Origin: an uncultured bacterium | Lineage (GTDB): Bacteria > CAYUVA01 | Length of the DNA: 33,488 nt | Reading direction: 5' to 3' | Assembly (NCBI GenBank): GCA_964448115.1 | Contig: CAYUVA010000008.1 | Location: 62,001 to 95,488, forward strand | Shown: positions 17,447 through 26,451 of the stretch, one piece after another | Layout of the letters: each line of letters begins with the position of its first letter | Position numbering within the stretch: position 1 is the stretch's first letter | Translations under genes and position numbers: made by a program | Notes under the pieces: model-generated | Seen by the model: the letters and a program-made list of their open reading frames with translations, nothing else | Told to the model about the DNA's origin: nothing | The model's database searches: none

Positions 17447-17536
17447 ACTAGCTTCAGTGGTAGGTAAAAACAAGCCATTTATTTGGGAGATGGTTTATGA
17501 TAAAAGGAAAGTGAAATTCTATGATAGGAGTGAATA

Positions 17537-18166
17537 ATGAATCGAGTTCAGGTAGGACCTATCTTCTCTGAGGCATGGCGACTCATAAGCGCCAATTGGG
17601 CATATACATTGATCGGTGGACTGCTGGTAGCAGCCATATCGGCAGTAGCAACAATGGTATTGTTTATCCCTGTGCTTATCGTGGGACCTCCATTATACTT
17701 CGGCTTTACTTATGGATTCCTTCGTATCAAGCGCGGAGAACCAATATCCATAAGCAATGCTTTCGATGGCTTCAACGAGTTTGGCAATTGTCTTGGTGCA
17801 GGCTTACTAGCCGGGATCGCTATTCTAATCGGGACTATTTTATTAGTTATTCCTGGTATCTATCTTTATATCCTATGGAGTATCCTTCCCCTGGTGGTCA
17901 TGGATCGCAAGATAGGAGGTGGACAAGCGCTGTCCGAATCGAGCAACCTGGTTTACGGGCACAAGACCGATATTTTGGTAGTCAGGTTATTGGAGGGGCT
18001 TATCTTTTTCGCCGTTAATAGCATTACAGGTGGTTTTGGAGTAATCATTACTCTTCCTTTTGATTGCGCAATTACAACCGCCATCTACACAACCGTAGCC
18101 GGTAAGGAGAAAAAACAAGAGGAGACCATTGAAGGGCAATCTCCAACCGATCCCATAACTCCATAG
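17537..18166 (+). CDS. Integral membrane protein of unknown function (DUF975-like, several TM helices)
   Basis: Hydrophobic helices, IGTILLVIPGIY, ALSESSNLVYGHK. RBS AGGAG. Confidence 0.7.
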   Translation: MNRVQVGPIFSEAWRLISANWAYTLIGGLLVAAISAVATMVLFIPVLIVGPPLYFGFTYGFLRIKRGEPISISNAFDGFNEFGNCLGAGLLAGIAILIGTILLVIPGIYLYILWSILPLVVMDRKIGGGQALSESSNLVYGHKTDILVVRLLEGLIFFAVNSITGGFGVIITLPFDCAITTAIYTTVAGKEKKQEETIEGQSPTDPITP

Positions 18167-18224
18167 AAAACTACGCAGACTTTAATAACTTGGCTTTTTC
18201 TCTTAGACTACCCTAAGTGTGGTC

Positions 18225-19217
18225 ATGCAAAAGATCTCTGTCATCATACCTGCCCACAATGCCCAGGAGACGCTGACTATATGTCTCGATGCCATACTTT
18301 CTCAGAAACCGCCACCCGATGAGGTGATCCTGGTCGATGATGCATCCTCTGATGCTACTCGCCTGATAGCAGAGCAATATGAAATCAAGGTGATATCAAC
18401 TAAGGGCAATAGCGGACCGGCGGTTGCTCGTAATATGGGTGCTAAGGCTGCAACTGGCGATATAATCTGCTTCATAGACGATGATATAATCATTCAGCAG
18501 GGAACCTTGGCAAAAATCATGCAATTGTTTGAAAGGTCTGAGGTTGATGCGGTGATCGGGTTATTATCGCCGAGACTTCCTTATGATGGGATCGCCAGCA
18601 ACTACAAGAACCTTTACATGAATTATACCTATATGCAACTTCCTAGTCGGGTTTCTGTATTCTATACGAGCCTTGCTGCCATAAGATCGGATGCTTTTCA
18701 TGCTGTAGGGGGTTTTGATGAAAATTACAGCGAGCCGGGCAATGAAGACCTCGACCTGGGACAAAACTTGACGGCAGCGGGTTATACCATCATGCTTGAT
18801 AAGAGCTTGCAGGTTATTCATCATCGGCATTATGGAGCGCTCAGCCTCCTGTTTACCGGCTTTAAGAGGAGCCGGGTCATAATGAAGATGCTGCTTCGCA
18901 AGGGATTATCAACCAGGCGCAAGGCAACCTCTCAAACCAGTACTAGAGAGTATATGCTAGGAGCAATATCCGCCTTCATCGGACTTTGTCTTATCCTCAT
19001 TGGAGTCCTACTAGGCTCGATGTACATCACCGTTGCTGGTTTATGCTTGTGGGTGGCTGATATCGTACTCAATGGTAAGTACCTTTTCTTTTTATACAAC
19101 CAAAAAGGGCTTGGCTTCATGCTATTATCCATGCTGATATTGATATTAGATGGCATCGCCCATGTTACAGGGGGATTGGCTGGCATCGTTGATTATCTGC
19201 GAGGTATAAGATATTAG
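18225..19217 (+). CDS. Glycosyltransferase family 2 with C-terminal TM helices
   Basis: ISVIIPAHN, VDDASSD, GPAVARNMG, FIDDD (DxD), GGFDE, EDLDL and a hydrophobic C-terminus. Confidence 0.92.
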   Translation: MQKISVIIPAHNAQETLTICLDAILSQKPPPDEVILVDDASSDATRLIAEQYEIKVISTKGNSGPAVARNMGAKAATGDIICFIDDDIIIQQGTLAKIMQLFERSEVDAVIGLLSPRLPYDGIASNYKNLYMNYTYMQLPSRVSVFYTSLAAIRSDAFHAVGGFDENYSEPGNEDLDLGQNLTAAGYTIMLDKSLQVIHHRHYGALSLLFTGFKRSRVIMKMLLRKGLSTRRKATSQTSTREYMLGAISAFIGLCLILIGVLLGSMYITVAGLCLWVADIVLNGKYLFFLYNQKGLGFMLLSMLILILDGIAHVTGGLAGIVDYLRGIRY

Positions 19218-19233
19218 AGTCCTATAACTGAAG

Positions 19234-20334
19234 ATGCTCGAACACTTAAAATACCTGCGCTACCTTCCCAAGCTCTTCTTCAAGGAGGGAAGCCTCCCTT
19301 TTTACTTGATCCACTTCGTAACCGCAGATTGCACATGCCGTTGCGGGCATTGTCTTCTCGGCGAGAGGAAGGTCAAGCTGGATGAGCTGACCATCGATGA
19401 GATCGAGCGCATCACCCAAAGCCTTCCTTCGGTGCTTTTCATGTTTATCACCGGTGGCGAGCCTTTTTTGAGGGAGGATCTCCCCGATATTATAGAGCTT
19501 TATTATCGCAACTGCCGGGTGCGCAAGTTCCAGATCCCCTCCAACGGCTCACTGACAGACATGACCATGGAAACAATAATAAAAGCCCTTGAGCGCATAA
19601 AAGATGCACACCTGAGCGTAACCTTGAGCCTGGATGCAGTGGGGGAAGAGCATGATCGCGTGCGAGCGCATCCTGGATTGTTCGACAAGGCGACCACCAC
19701 CTTCAGGGAGCTAAGCAAGCTCGAGAAGCTGTATGACAACTTCAATGTCAATGTAACCATCACCGTCTCGGCGAATAACCAGGACCACCTGGTGGATATT
19801 TATCACTATGCCCGTGATGTACTAGGCGCAAAGAATATCTTCAACACCATAGTGCGCGGCAATCCAAGGGACCCAGCAACCTTACAGGTTGATCCAGCCA
19901 AGTTTGCACAGCTTAATGATCTAATGGAGCAGGATCTGCTTAAGCACAGGCTCAAAGGATACATGCGCTTTCCATTCAGCCACTTCGTGGATGCAAAGAA
20001 TCTACTCAGCAGAAGGCTCATCGAACGAATCTATAGCGAGGGTCGTTATTTCATTCCCTGTTATGCGGGCAGGATAAGCATGGTGTTGTTTTCGGATGGC
20101 GATGTGCATCCCTGCGAGGTTCTGGGCAGATCCTACGGCAATGTGAGGGACTTTAACTATGATGTGCGCAAGCTCTGGTTCAACCCAAAGGCGCAACAGA
20201 TAAAGCGCTTCATACAAGAATCGAGGTGCTTCTGCACCCACGAGTGCTTTATCACCCACAATATACTTTTCAATCCAAGGATGCTTCCTAGGCTGATGAG
20301 CAAATACCTGGCTTTGAGACTCGGGAGGCTATAA
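19234..20334 (+). CDS. Radical SAM protein with a Twitch/SPASM-like C-terminal domain
   Basis: CTCRCGHC, TGGEPFLRED, SNG, CYAGR...GDVHPCE...CFCTHEC. Confidence 0.9.
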   Translation: MLEHLKYLRYLPKLFFKEGSLPFYLIHFVTADCTCRCGHCLLGERKVKLDELTIDEIERITQSLPSVLFMFITGGEPFLREDLPDIIELYYRNCRVRKFQIPSNGSLTDMTMETIIKALERIKDAHLSVTLSLDAVGEEHDRVRAHPGLFDKATTTFRELSKLEKLYDNFNVNVTITVSANNQDHLVDIYHYARDVLGAKNIFNTIVRGNPRDPATLQVDPAKFAQLNDLMEQDLLKHRLKGYMRFPFSHFVDAKNLLSRRLIERIYSEGRYFIPCYAGRISMVLFSDGDVHPCEVLGRSYGNVRDFNYDVRKLWFNPKAQQIKRFIQESRCFCTHECFITHNILFNPRMLPRLMSKYLALRLGRL

Positions 20335-21459
20335 TTGCTGAGTTGGCGCTTATTTAAATCCCTGTCCATGCAATTTTTGACTCGCAGAAATCCCACTTAC
20401 ATACATTATTTCATTACCTATCGCTGCAATCTGCGCTGTCTTATGTGCGATGTTCCCAATCACTCGGTTGAACATGAGCTTGATTTGGATGAAATCCGAA
20501 GGCTTGCCGGTATCCTGGCAGAGATGAACGCAGGCATAATAAACATCGGCGGCGGAGAGCCGTTCCTCAGAAAGGATCTTGCGGATATCGTTGGCATCTT
20601 CAGTCGGCATGGGTTCTCGGTGCGCATACAGACCAACGGCTATGCGATAACCGAAGCGGCTCTTGACCATATCTTCAAGCACAGACTCGGCGGAATCTCG
20701 TTATCCATAGACTCCTTAGATCCCAAGATTCAAGGTATGATCCACAAAAGAGACGATGCACTAGATGTAATTGCATCCAAGATCGCGCTGCTGAGCAAGT
20801 ACCTATCGGCATCAAATACCTATCCTATATTGAACATCGTTGTAAGTCGCTTAAACTATCGAGACTTACGCGCTCTGATCGATTTCGCAGCCCGCATCGG
20901 CTGGTATTGTAGTTTCGCGCCGGTGCACCTCGATGAGCACAAGCAAGGGATGTTTCGCAGTTTCCACCAACGATTGCGCTTCACCAAGCAAGATATGCCT
21001 GAGCTTAGGCATACCTATGAACAGCTCGTGAGGCTGAAGAAAGCCGGGGCAGCCATTGCAAATTCAAGCAAGTATCTTGCCAATAGCATGAATTTCTTCG
21101 AGGATAAGAAACCGTATTTCAACTGCCGGGCGGGGGAGTCGTATTTCCTGGTGCGCCCGGATGGAGGCTTTGCATTATGTAATGACCTCGATAGCTTCGA
21201 TAACATTCTGCGCAGGGGATTCATCGATGATTTTCGATCTCCATCCTTCAGGGATAGATGTCGCAAAGCGGTCTCTGCTTGTCCTGGTTGCTATTATCCC
21301 TGCTGGGCTGAGATGGAGCTGCTTTCTTCACCAAAGGTTATCTGTGAGCGTATGAAGACAACCATTCCTCAGCTCATAACCAAGCGACCGACCCTGACAA
21401 AGGAGCAGCTCATCGAGCTAATGCGTGAATGTCAAGATCATCATAATTTGCATGATTAA
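20335..21459 (+). CDS. Radical SAM protein with a Twitch/SPASM-like C-terminal domain
   Basis: CNLRCLMC, GGGEPFLRKD, QTNG, CRAG...PDGGFALC...CPGCYYPC. The TTG start abuts the previous stop (alternative ATG 20368). Confidence 0.88.
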   Translation: MLSWRLFKSLSMQFLTRRNPTYIHYFITYRCNLRCLMCDVPNHSVEHELDLDEIRRLAGILAEMNAGIINIGGGEPFLRKDLADIVGIFSRHGFSVRIQTNGYAITEAALDHIFKHRLGGISLSIDSLDPKIQGMIHKRDDALDVIASKIALLSKYLSASNTYPILNIVVSRLNYRDLRALIDFAARIGWYCSFAPVHLDEHKQGMFRSFHQRLRFTKQDMPELRHTYEQLVRLKKAGAAIANSSKYLANSMNFFEDKKPYFNCRAGESYFLVRPDGGFALCNDLDSFDNILRRGFIDDFRSPSFRDRCRKAVSACPGCYYPCWAEMELLSSPKVICERMKTTIPQLITKRPTLTKEQLIELMRECQDHHNLHD

Positions 21460-21536
21460 TAATTTTCATGCCCTAAGCTTTGGGTTGACAATGTTAGATA
21501 AAGCACTTAAAGAAGAGAATCCAGGTACTCGATGAA

Positions 21537-22898
21537 ATGAGAAAAAGTTTACCAATAACACTAATACTATCAGCAATCCTAATAGTAGTAGGGCTGTTAT
21601 GGCATTTCATTATTGGTCGTCCCCCTTATAATTTGCTGTTAATCTCGGTTGATACGCTGCGCAGTGATGCCTTGGGCAGCTATGGAAATCCAAGCACCTA
21701 CACCCCTACCACCAACAGGCTCTCTAGCATGGGAACAACATTCTATAATGCCTACACTCATGTGCCTATTACTGCACCGTCCTTCTCCACCATATTCACC
21801 TCTAAATATCCCCTACAGCACGGGGTATTGAACAATGATTACGATCTTAACCTTTCCTACACCACTCTAGCGGAGACATTGCATGAGCAGGGCTATAGTA
21901 CCGGGGCGGTGATCAGCACCCATGTGCTCGATGGCAGGTTCGGCTTCTCGCAGGGCTTTGATTACTTCAACGATCAGTTCTACTATCGTCCGGCAGAAAA
22001 GACCACGCAAAGAGCCATTGAATGGCTTAAAAGATTGAGCGGGTCAAAGATCAAGCAACCGTTCTTTTTATGGGTTCACTACATCGATCCCCATTCCCCT
22101 TATAAAGTTCCGGATAGCCCCTATCGAAAGCTATATTTAGATGAACCTTTGCCCCCTGAGATAGAAGGAATGGGAGCGGAATTATGTCAAATATATGTTG
22201 AGAAGCTCAAGTTAACTCCCTATGTAACCCAGATCTATCGCAACCTTTACTACCAGGAGGTTAGCTACTGCGACTTTCATATCGGAAAAATCTTGTCTTT
22301 TATAACAGAAAGAGGGCTACTAAATAGGACTCTCATCGTGTTTCACGCCGATCATGGCGAGGTGCTATATGAGCACGATTATTACTTCGGACACGCATTT
22401 TCGCTCAATGAGGGGAGCATTCGTATCCCCATGACATTCATTTTGCCTGGTATCATTCCGCAAGGTAAGATCCTTGAAGACAATGTTCAAACCATTGATA
22501 TAATGCCGACAATATTGGATATACTTGGCATAAAGCCCCGCTTGAAGCTGGAGGGTATCTCTCTACTATCAGCTATTTTAGGCAAGGGAAATCTGCCGCA
22601 AAGGTCGATCTTATCACAGACATATCAACCGGAGGGGGAGTACGATAAGGATGCGCTGATAGCTTATGGCTACAAGCTGATCATCGAACCGGAACACCAA
22701 ATAGAAAAGTTGTATAACCTATTTTCGGATGCACAGGAGATAAGCAACTTGATCGAGATCGAGGAAAAGAAGGCTCGGCAGTTGAAAACGATATTGCAGG
22801 ATGAATTGTCTCGACTTCCATCCCGGGAATCACACAAGAGACCTAAGGTTGACCGGTGGCGTTTGGATCTTCTTCGAAGCATGGGCTATGCGCATTGA
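21537..22898 (+). CDS. Membrane-anchored sulfatase-like hydrolase/transferase (alkaline phosphatase superfamily)
   Basis: N-terminal TM, NLLLISVDTLRSD, ITAPSFST, QGFDYF, PFFLWVHYIDPHSPY, ADHGE, DIMPTIL and C-terminal LRSMGY. Confidence 0.88.
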   Translation: MRKSLPITLILSAILIVVGLLWHFIIGRPPYNLLLISVDTLRSDALGSYGNPSTYTPTTNRLSSMGTTFYNAYTHVPITAPSFSTIFTSKYPLQHGVLNNDYDLNLSYTTLAETLHEQGYSTGAVISTHVLDGRFGFSQGFDYFNDQFYYRPAEKTTQRAIEWLKRLSGSKIKQPFFLWVHYIDPHSPYKVPDSPYRKLYLDEPLPPEIEGMGAELCQIYVEKLKLTPYVTQIYRNLYYQEVSYCDFHIGKILSFITERGLLNRTLIVFHADHGEVLYEHDYYFGHAFSLNEGSIRIPMTFILPGIIPQGKILEDNVQTIDIMPTILDILGIKPRLKLEGISLLSAILGKGNLPQRSILSQTYQPEGEYDKDALIAYGYKLIIEPEHQIEKLYNLFSDAQEISNLIEIEEKKARQLKTILQDELSRLPSRESHKRPKVDRWRLDLLRSMGYAH

Positions 22899-22911
22899 AG
22901 GCTATAAACAG

Positions 22912-24273
22912 TTAAAAAAGCTTATCGATGCACTGTTTAAGCGTTGCTATTGAACTTAACTCAACCGGCTTTATATGGCTAAGCTCATGGAGGTTGCCCT
23001 TTGGAACCATCACTGCCTTGAATCCGAGATTGATCGCCTCGTTGACCCGATGCAATGCCCTTGGTACCGAGCGAACCTCTCCGGTTAGCCCTATTTCGCC
23101 CATAGCCACGATATCAGGCGGTATCATTATGCCCCTGAAGGAGCTTGCTATTGCGATGGCAATGGCAAGATCGACCGCTGGTTCATCTATGCGCAAGCCT
23201 CCAGTTACATTGACATAGATATCTTGGTCGCCAAGGTGCAATCCAATCCTTTTTTCCAGCACTGCAATCACCTTAAGGAGCCTTTTTTGGTCAATGCCGG
23301 TTGCAACTCTTCTGGGCATTGCCATTTGCGAGGTAGCGACCAACGCTTGTATCTCGATGAGCAGTGGGCGTGTGCCCTCGATCACGGCAGCAATAGCGGA
23401 GCCTGATACGGCGACCGCTCGCTCCTGCAGAAAGATGCGGGATGGATTAGTTACCTCCTCAAGCCCGCTTCCTTTCATCTCGAAGACGCCGATCTCAAAG
23501 GCAGGACCGAAGCGGTTCTTTACGGTTCGTAAAACGCGATACATTCGACTTCGTTCTCCCTCGAAGTAGCAGACGGTATCGACCAGATGCTCCAAGACCT
23601 TTGGACCTGCAATCATACCCTCCTTGGTTACATGCCCGATTAGGAATATGGGCACAGCGGAGTGCTTTGCATACTCGACTGCCTGGTAGGCGACCTCCCG
23701 CACCTGCGCCAGGCTACCGGGTACAGACTCAAGTTCATCTGAGCGGAGCGATTGCACGCTATCGATTATGATAATCGAATATTCGCCATCATTGATCGCA
23801 TCCATGACCGACTCAAGAGAGGTCTCGGCAAGCAGATGTATCCTGTTGCCGTTGGCGTTCAATCGTTGTGCCCTTAGCTTTATCTGTCGCAATGACTCCT
23901 CTCCGGATACGAGCAATGTCTTGTGTCCCTTTTCATGCAAGGATTGTGCGATCTGTAGCATGAGGGTTGACTTGCCGATACCAGGCTCTCCGCCGATAAG
24001 GGATACTGAGCCAGCGACAATACCACCCCCTAGTATGCGATCGAACTCACCGATGCCGGTTATCAGCCTCGGTTGTTCATCGATTTCGATCTCATCCAGT
24101 GATATTGCCCTGGCATCATGCCTTGCAAAATCAGCCCTTGTCTTGCCCGCCCGGCCTTGTTCAGGCACCTCGTGTAAAGAGCCATAGCTGCCGCACATGG
24201 GACACCTGCCCAGGAAGGTGGGCGCCTTGTAGCCACAATCGATGCATTGGTAAGATGACCTGCTTTTAGCCAT
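22912..24273 (-). CDS. radA: DNA repair protein RadA/Sms
   Basis: C4 zinc finger (CIDC...CPMC), GEPGIGKST, KNRFG signature and a Lon-like C-terminal domain. Confidence 0.96.
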   Translation of the reverse strand: MAKSRSSYQCIDCGYKAPTFLGRCPMCGSYGSLHEVPEQGRAGKTRADFARHDARAISLDEIEIDEQPRLITGIGEFDRILGGGIVAGSVSLIGGEPGIGKSTLMLQIAQSLHEKGHKTLLVSGEESLRQIKLRAQRLNANGNRIHLLAETSLESVMDAINDGEYSIIIIDSVQSLRSDELESVPGSLAQVREVAYQAVEYAKHSAVPIFLIGHVTKEGMIAGPKVLEHLVDTVCYFEGERSRMYRVLRTVKNRFGPAFEIGVFEMKGSGLEEVTNPSRIFLQERAVAVSGSAIAAVIEGTRPLLIEIQALVATSQMAMPRRVATGIDQKRLLKVIAVLEKRIGLHLGDQDIYVNVTGGLRIDEPAVDLAIAIAIASSFRGIMIPPDIVAMGEIGLTGEVRSVPRALHRVNEAINLGFKAVMVPKGNLHELSHIKPVELSSIATLKQCIDKLF

Positions 24274-24352
24274 GATATTTAATCTACCATATAACCTTAG
24301 ACTTATGTAGCTTTGAAGCGCTTTGGTTACTGTGATAGATTATCTTGCGATT

Positions 24353-26401
24353 ATGAGCGATGAAGAACTGAGAAAACTGCGCAACTTCGGTATCGTGGCG
24401 CATATAGACGCCGGCAAGACCACCACCACGGAGCGTATGCTCTACTATTCGGGCAGGATACATCGCATCGGCGAGGTCGATGACGGCTCTGCCTGGATGG
24501 ATTGGATGGATCTGGAACAGGAAAGAGGCATTACCATCACTAGTGCTGCAACATTCTTTACCTGGAAGGATTACAGCTTCAATCTGATCGATACGCCGGG
24601 GCATGTCGATTTCACCGCCGAGGTAGAGCGTTCTTTAAGAGTGCTCGATGGCGCGATCGGGATCTTTTGCGGAGTCGGTGGCGTTGAGCCACAGTCAGAG
24701 ACCGTATGGCATCAGGCTGAACGATATCGTATCCCTCGCATCGCCTATGTCAACAAGCTAGATCGCATAGGAGCCGATTTCTACGATGTACTAAAACAGA
24801 TGAGGGAGAAGCTGGCTAGCAAGTGCTTGCCCGTGCAATTGCCAATTGGAGTAGAGGAGGAATTCGTCGGCATAATCGACCTAGTAGAGCTTAAGGCTTA
24901 TATCTGGGACAAGGTTACCGATGGCTTGAGTTTCAGGGTAAAGCCTATACCTAAAGAATACGAGGAGCTTGTATCAAAGTACCGCACCGAGCTGCTTGAA
25001 GAGGTGTCGCTGTTCGATGAGAGCCTTCTTGATAAGTATCTTGCTGGCAACGGGCTAACTCCCGGTGAGATAAAAAAGCTGGTGAGAAAGGGAACCCTGG
25101 ATGTGGAGATATTCCCCGTGCTATGCGGAAGCTCACTGAAGAACAAGGGCATACAGCCACTGCTCAATGCGATAATCGATTACCTACCCAGTCCGAGCGA
25201 TATCCCCGATGTTGAGGGTATTGATCCAGCTACCGGGAAAAAAGTTTACCGTAAGAGAGCGATCAACGAGAACTTCAGTGCGCTGGTATTCAAGGTTTAT
25301 AACCAGGGAGGAAAGGGAAGATTGACCTACCTAAGGGTTTACTCCGGCAAGGCAAAGGAGGGGGATCTGCTCTTTGCACCGGATAAAAAAATGAAGGTAA
25401 AGCTGCCCACTCTGGTCAAGATGCATGCTGATAAACGAGAGCGGGTAGATAGGATCCAAGCCGGCGATATCGTGGTTATGCTCGGAAACAAGACCCTAAG
25501 CACCGGCGATACACTGTGCCCTCGACAGGCTCAGATATCATTCGAGGGGATGATGTTCCCTGAACCGGTAATATCGATGGCGCTAGAGCCTGAGTCGCTG
25601 CATGAGCAAAAAAAACTATTGGAGGCGCTGGAATTGTTCCAATCCGAAGATCCTACCTTCAGGTTCAAGATCGACCAGGAGACAAACCAGCTTATTATCT
25701 CAGGCATGGGAGAACTACACCTAGAGGTGCTAATTGAGAGGCTGAAGAGGGAAAATAACCTGAAGGTAAGGGCAGGATCACCCCAGGTGAGCTACCGTGA
25801 GTCCATAACCAAGCCGATCAGGGAAACACACACCTTCAACAAGACGATCGGCGGGGAGGTGAATAAAGCCGGCGTCTCCATATATATTGAACCTGGCGAA
25901 CGAGGATCCGGTTATAAATACATGGTAGGCGAAAAGGCATCCAATGCGGCGGAAGAGCTTCTGGAGGCTGCCAAGGAGGTGCTCATAGCCGGCAGGGATC
26001 ATGGCATCATGTATGGTTATCCTATCGTTGACATGACGGTAATCCTCGAGGAGCTTATAACCTATGAAAGCCAGACAACGCCATTGGCGGTCAAATCGGC
26101 AGCCTCGAACGCCTTCAGGCAGGCATGTATCAAGGCAGATCCCATACTGCTGGAACCGACCATGATGGTCGATGTCATCGCCCCCAAGGAGTTTCTCGGC
26201 GAGATCATAAACAGCCTCAGCCTTCGCGGGGGGGACATAAAAAAGATAACCGAACGAAAGATGATGCAGTCGGTGAGGGCTGAGGTGCCGCTTGCCAAGA
26301 TGTTCGGCTACACGACCGCATTGCGCTCTATCACACAAGGGAGGGGAACCTATACCATGGAGGTAGCCGGTTTCACTCCTACGGAGCTCAAGAATGAATA
26401 A
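24353..26401 (+). CDS. fusA: Elongation factor G (stand-alone, divergent paralog)
   Basis: RNFGIVAHIDAGKTT, ERGITI, DTPGHVDF, NKLD, GMGELHLE and LRSITQGRG. It is not in an rpsL-rpsG-tuf context. Confidence 0.92.
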   Translation: MSDEELRKLRNFGIVAHIDAGKTTTTERMLYYSGRIHRIGEVDDGSAWMDWMDLEQERGITITSAATFFTWKDYSFNLIDTPGHVDFTAEVERSLRVLDGAIGIFCGVGGVEPQSETVWHQAERYRIPRIAYVNKLDRIGADFYDVLKQMREKLASKCLPVQLPIGVEEEFVGIIDLVELKAYIWDKVTDGLSFRVKPIPKEYEELVSKYRTELLEEVSLFDESLLDKYLAGNGLTPGEIKKLVRKGTLDVEIFPVLCGSSLKNKGIQPLLNAIIDYLPSPSDIPDVEGIDPATGKKVYRKRAINENFSALVFKVYNQGGKGRLTYLRVYSGKAKEGDLLFAPDKKMKVKLPTLVKMHADKRERVDRIQAGDIVVMLGNKTLSTGDTLCPRQAQISFEGMMFPEPVISMALEPESLHEQKKLLEALELFQSEDPTFRFKIDQETNQLIISGMGELHLEVLIERLKRENNLKVRAGSPQVSYRESITKPIRETHTFNKTIGGEVNKAGVSIYIEPGERGSGYKYMVGEKASNAAEELLEAAKEVLIAGRDHGIMYGYPIVDMTVILEELITYESQTTPLAVKSAASNAFRQACIKADPILLEPTMMVDVIAPKEFLGEIINSLSLRGGDIKKITERKMMQSVRAEVPLAKMFGYTTALRSITQGRGTYTMEVAGFTPTELKNE

Positions 26402-26451
26402 AAAAACTCAGTTGTATTTTTGAATCTTGCCTCTTATAGATAGTATGGTTA

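Noticed and set aside
17091-17450. Possible CRISPR array or structured ncRNA/tRNA
   Set aside because: There are no regularly spaced direct repeats with unique spacers, no cas genes and no cloverleaf. The structure is explained by inverted repeats with TIRs and a TSD.
17187-17537. Short ORFs (17187-17411, 17201-17473, 17256-17537) across the repeat region
   Set aside because: They are translations of palindromic repeats (e.g. PLPEGEG, CHSERVS) with no recognisable domain.
19234-21459. RiPP maturases or anaerobic sulfatase-maturating enzymes
   Set aside because: No adjacent precursor peptide, RRE, dedicated peptidase or transporter is visible. The neighbouring sulfatase-like protein lacks a formylglycine motif, and the rSAMs have fewer auxiliary cysteines than anSME.
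25778-26338. Long antisense ORFs inside fusA (similar ones lie inside AlaDH, gdhA, radA and pilB)
   Set aside because: Shadow ORFs opposite well-conserved genes, with no recognisable motifs.
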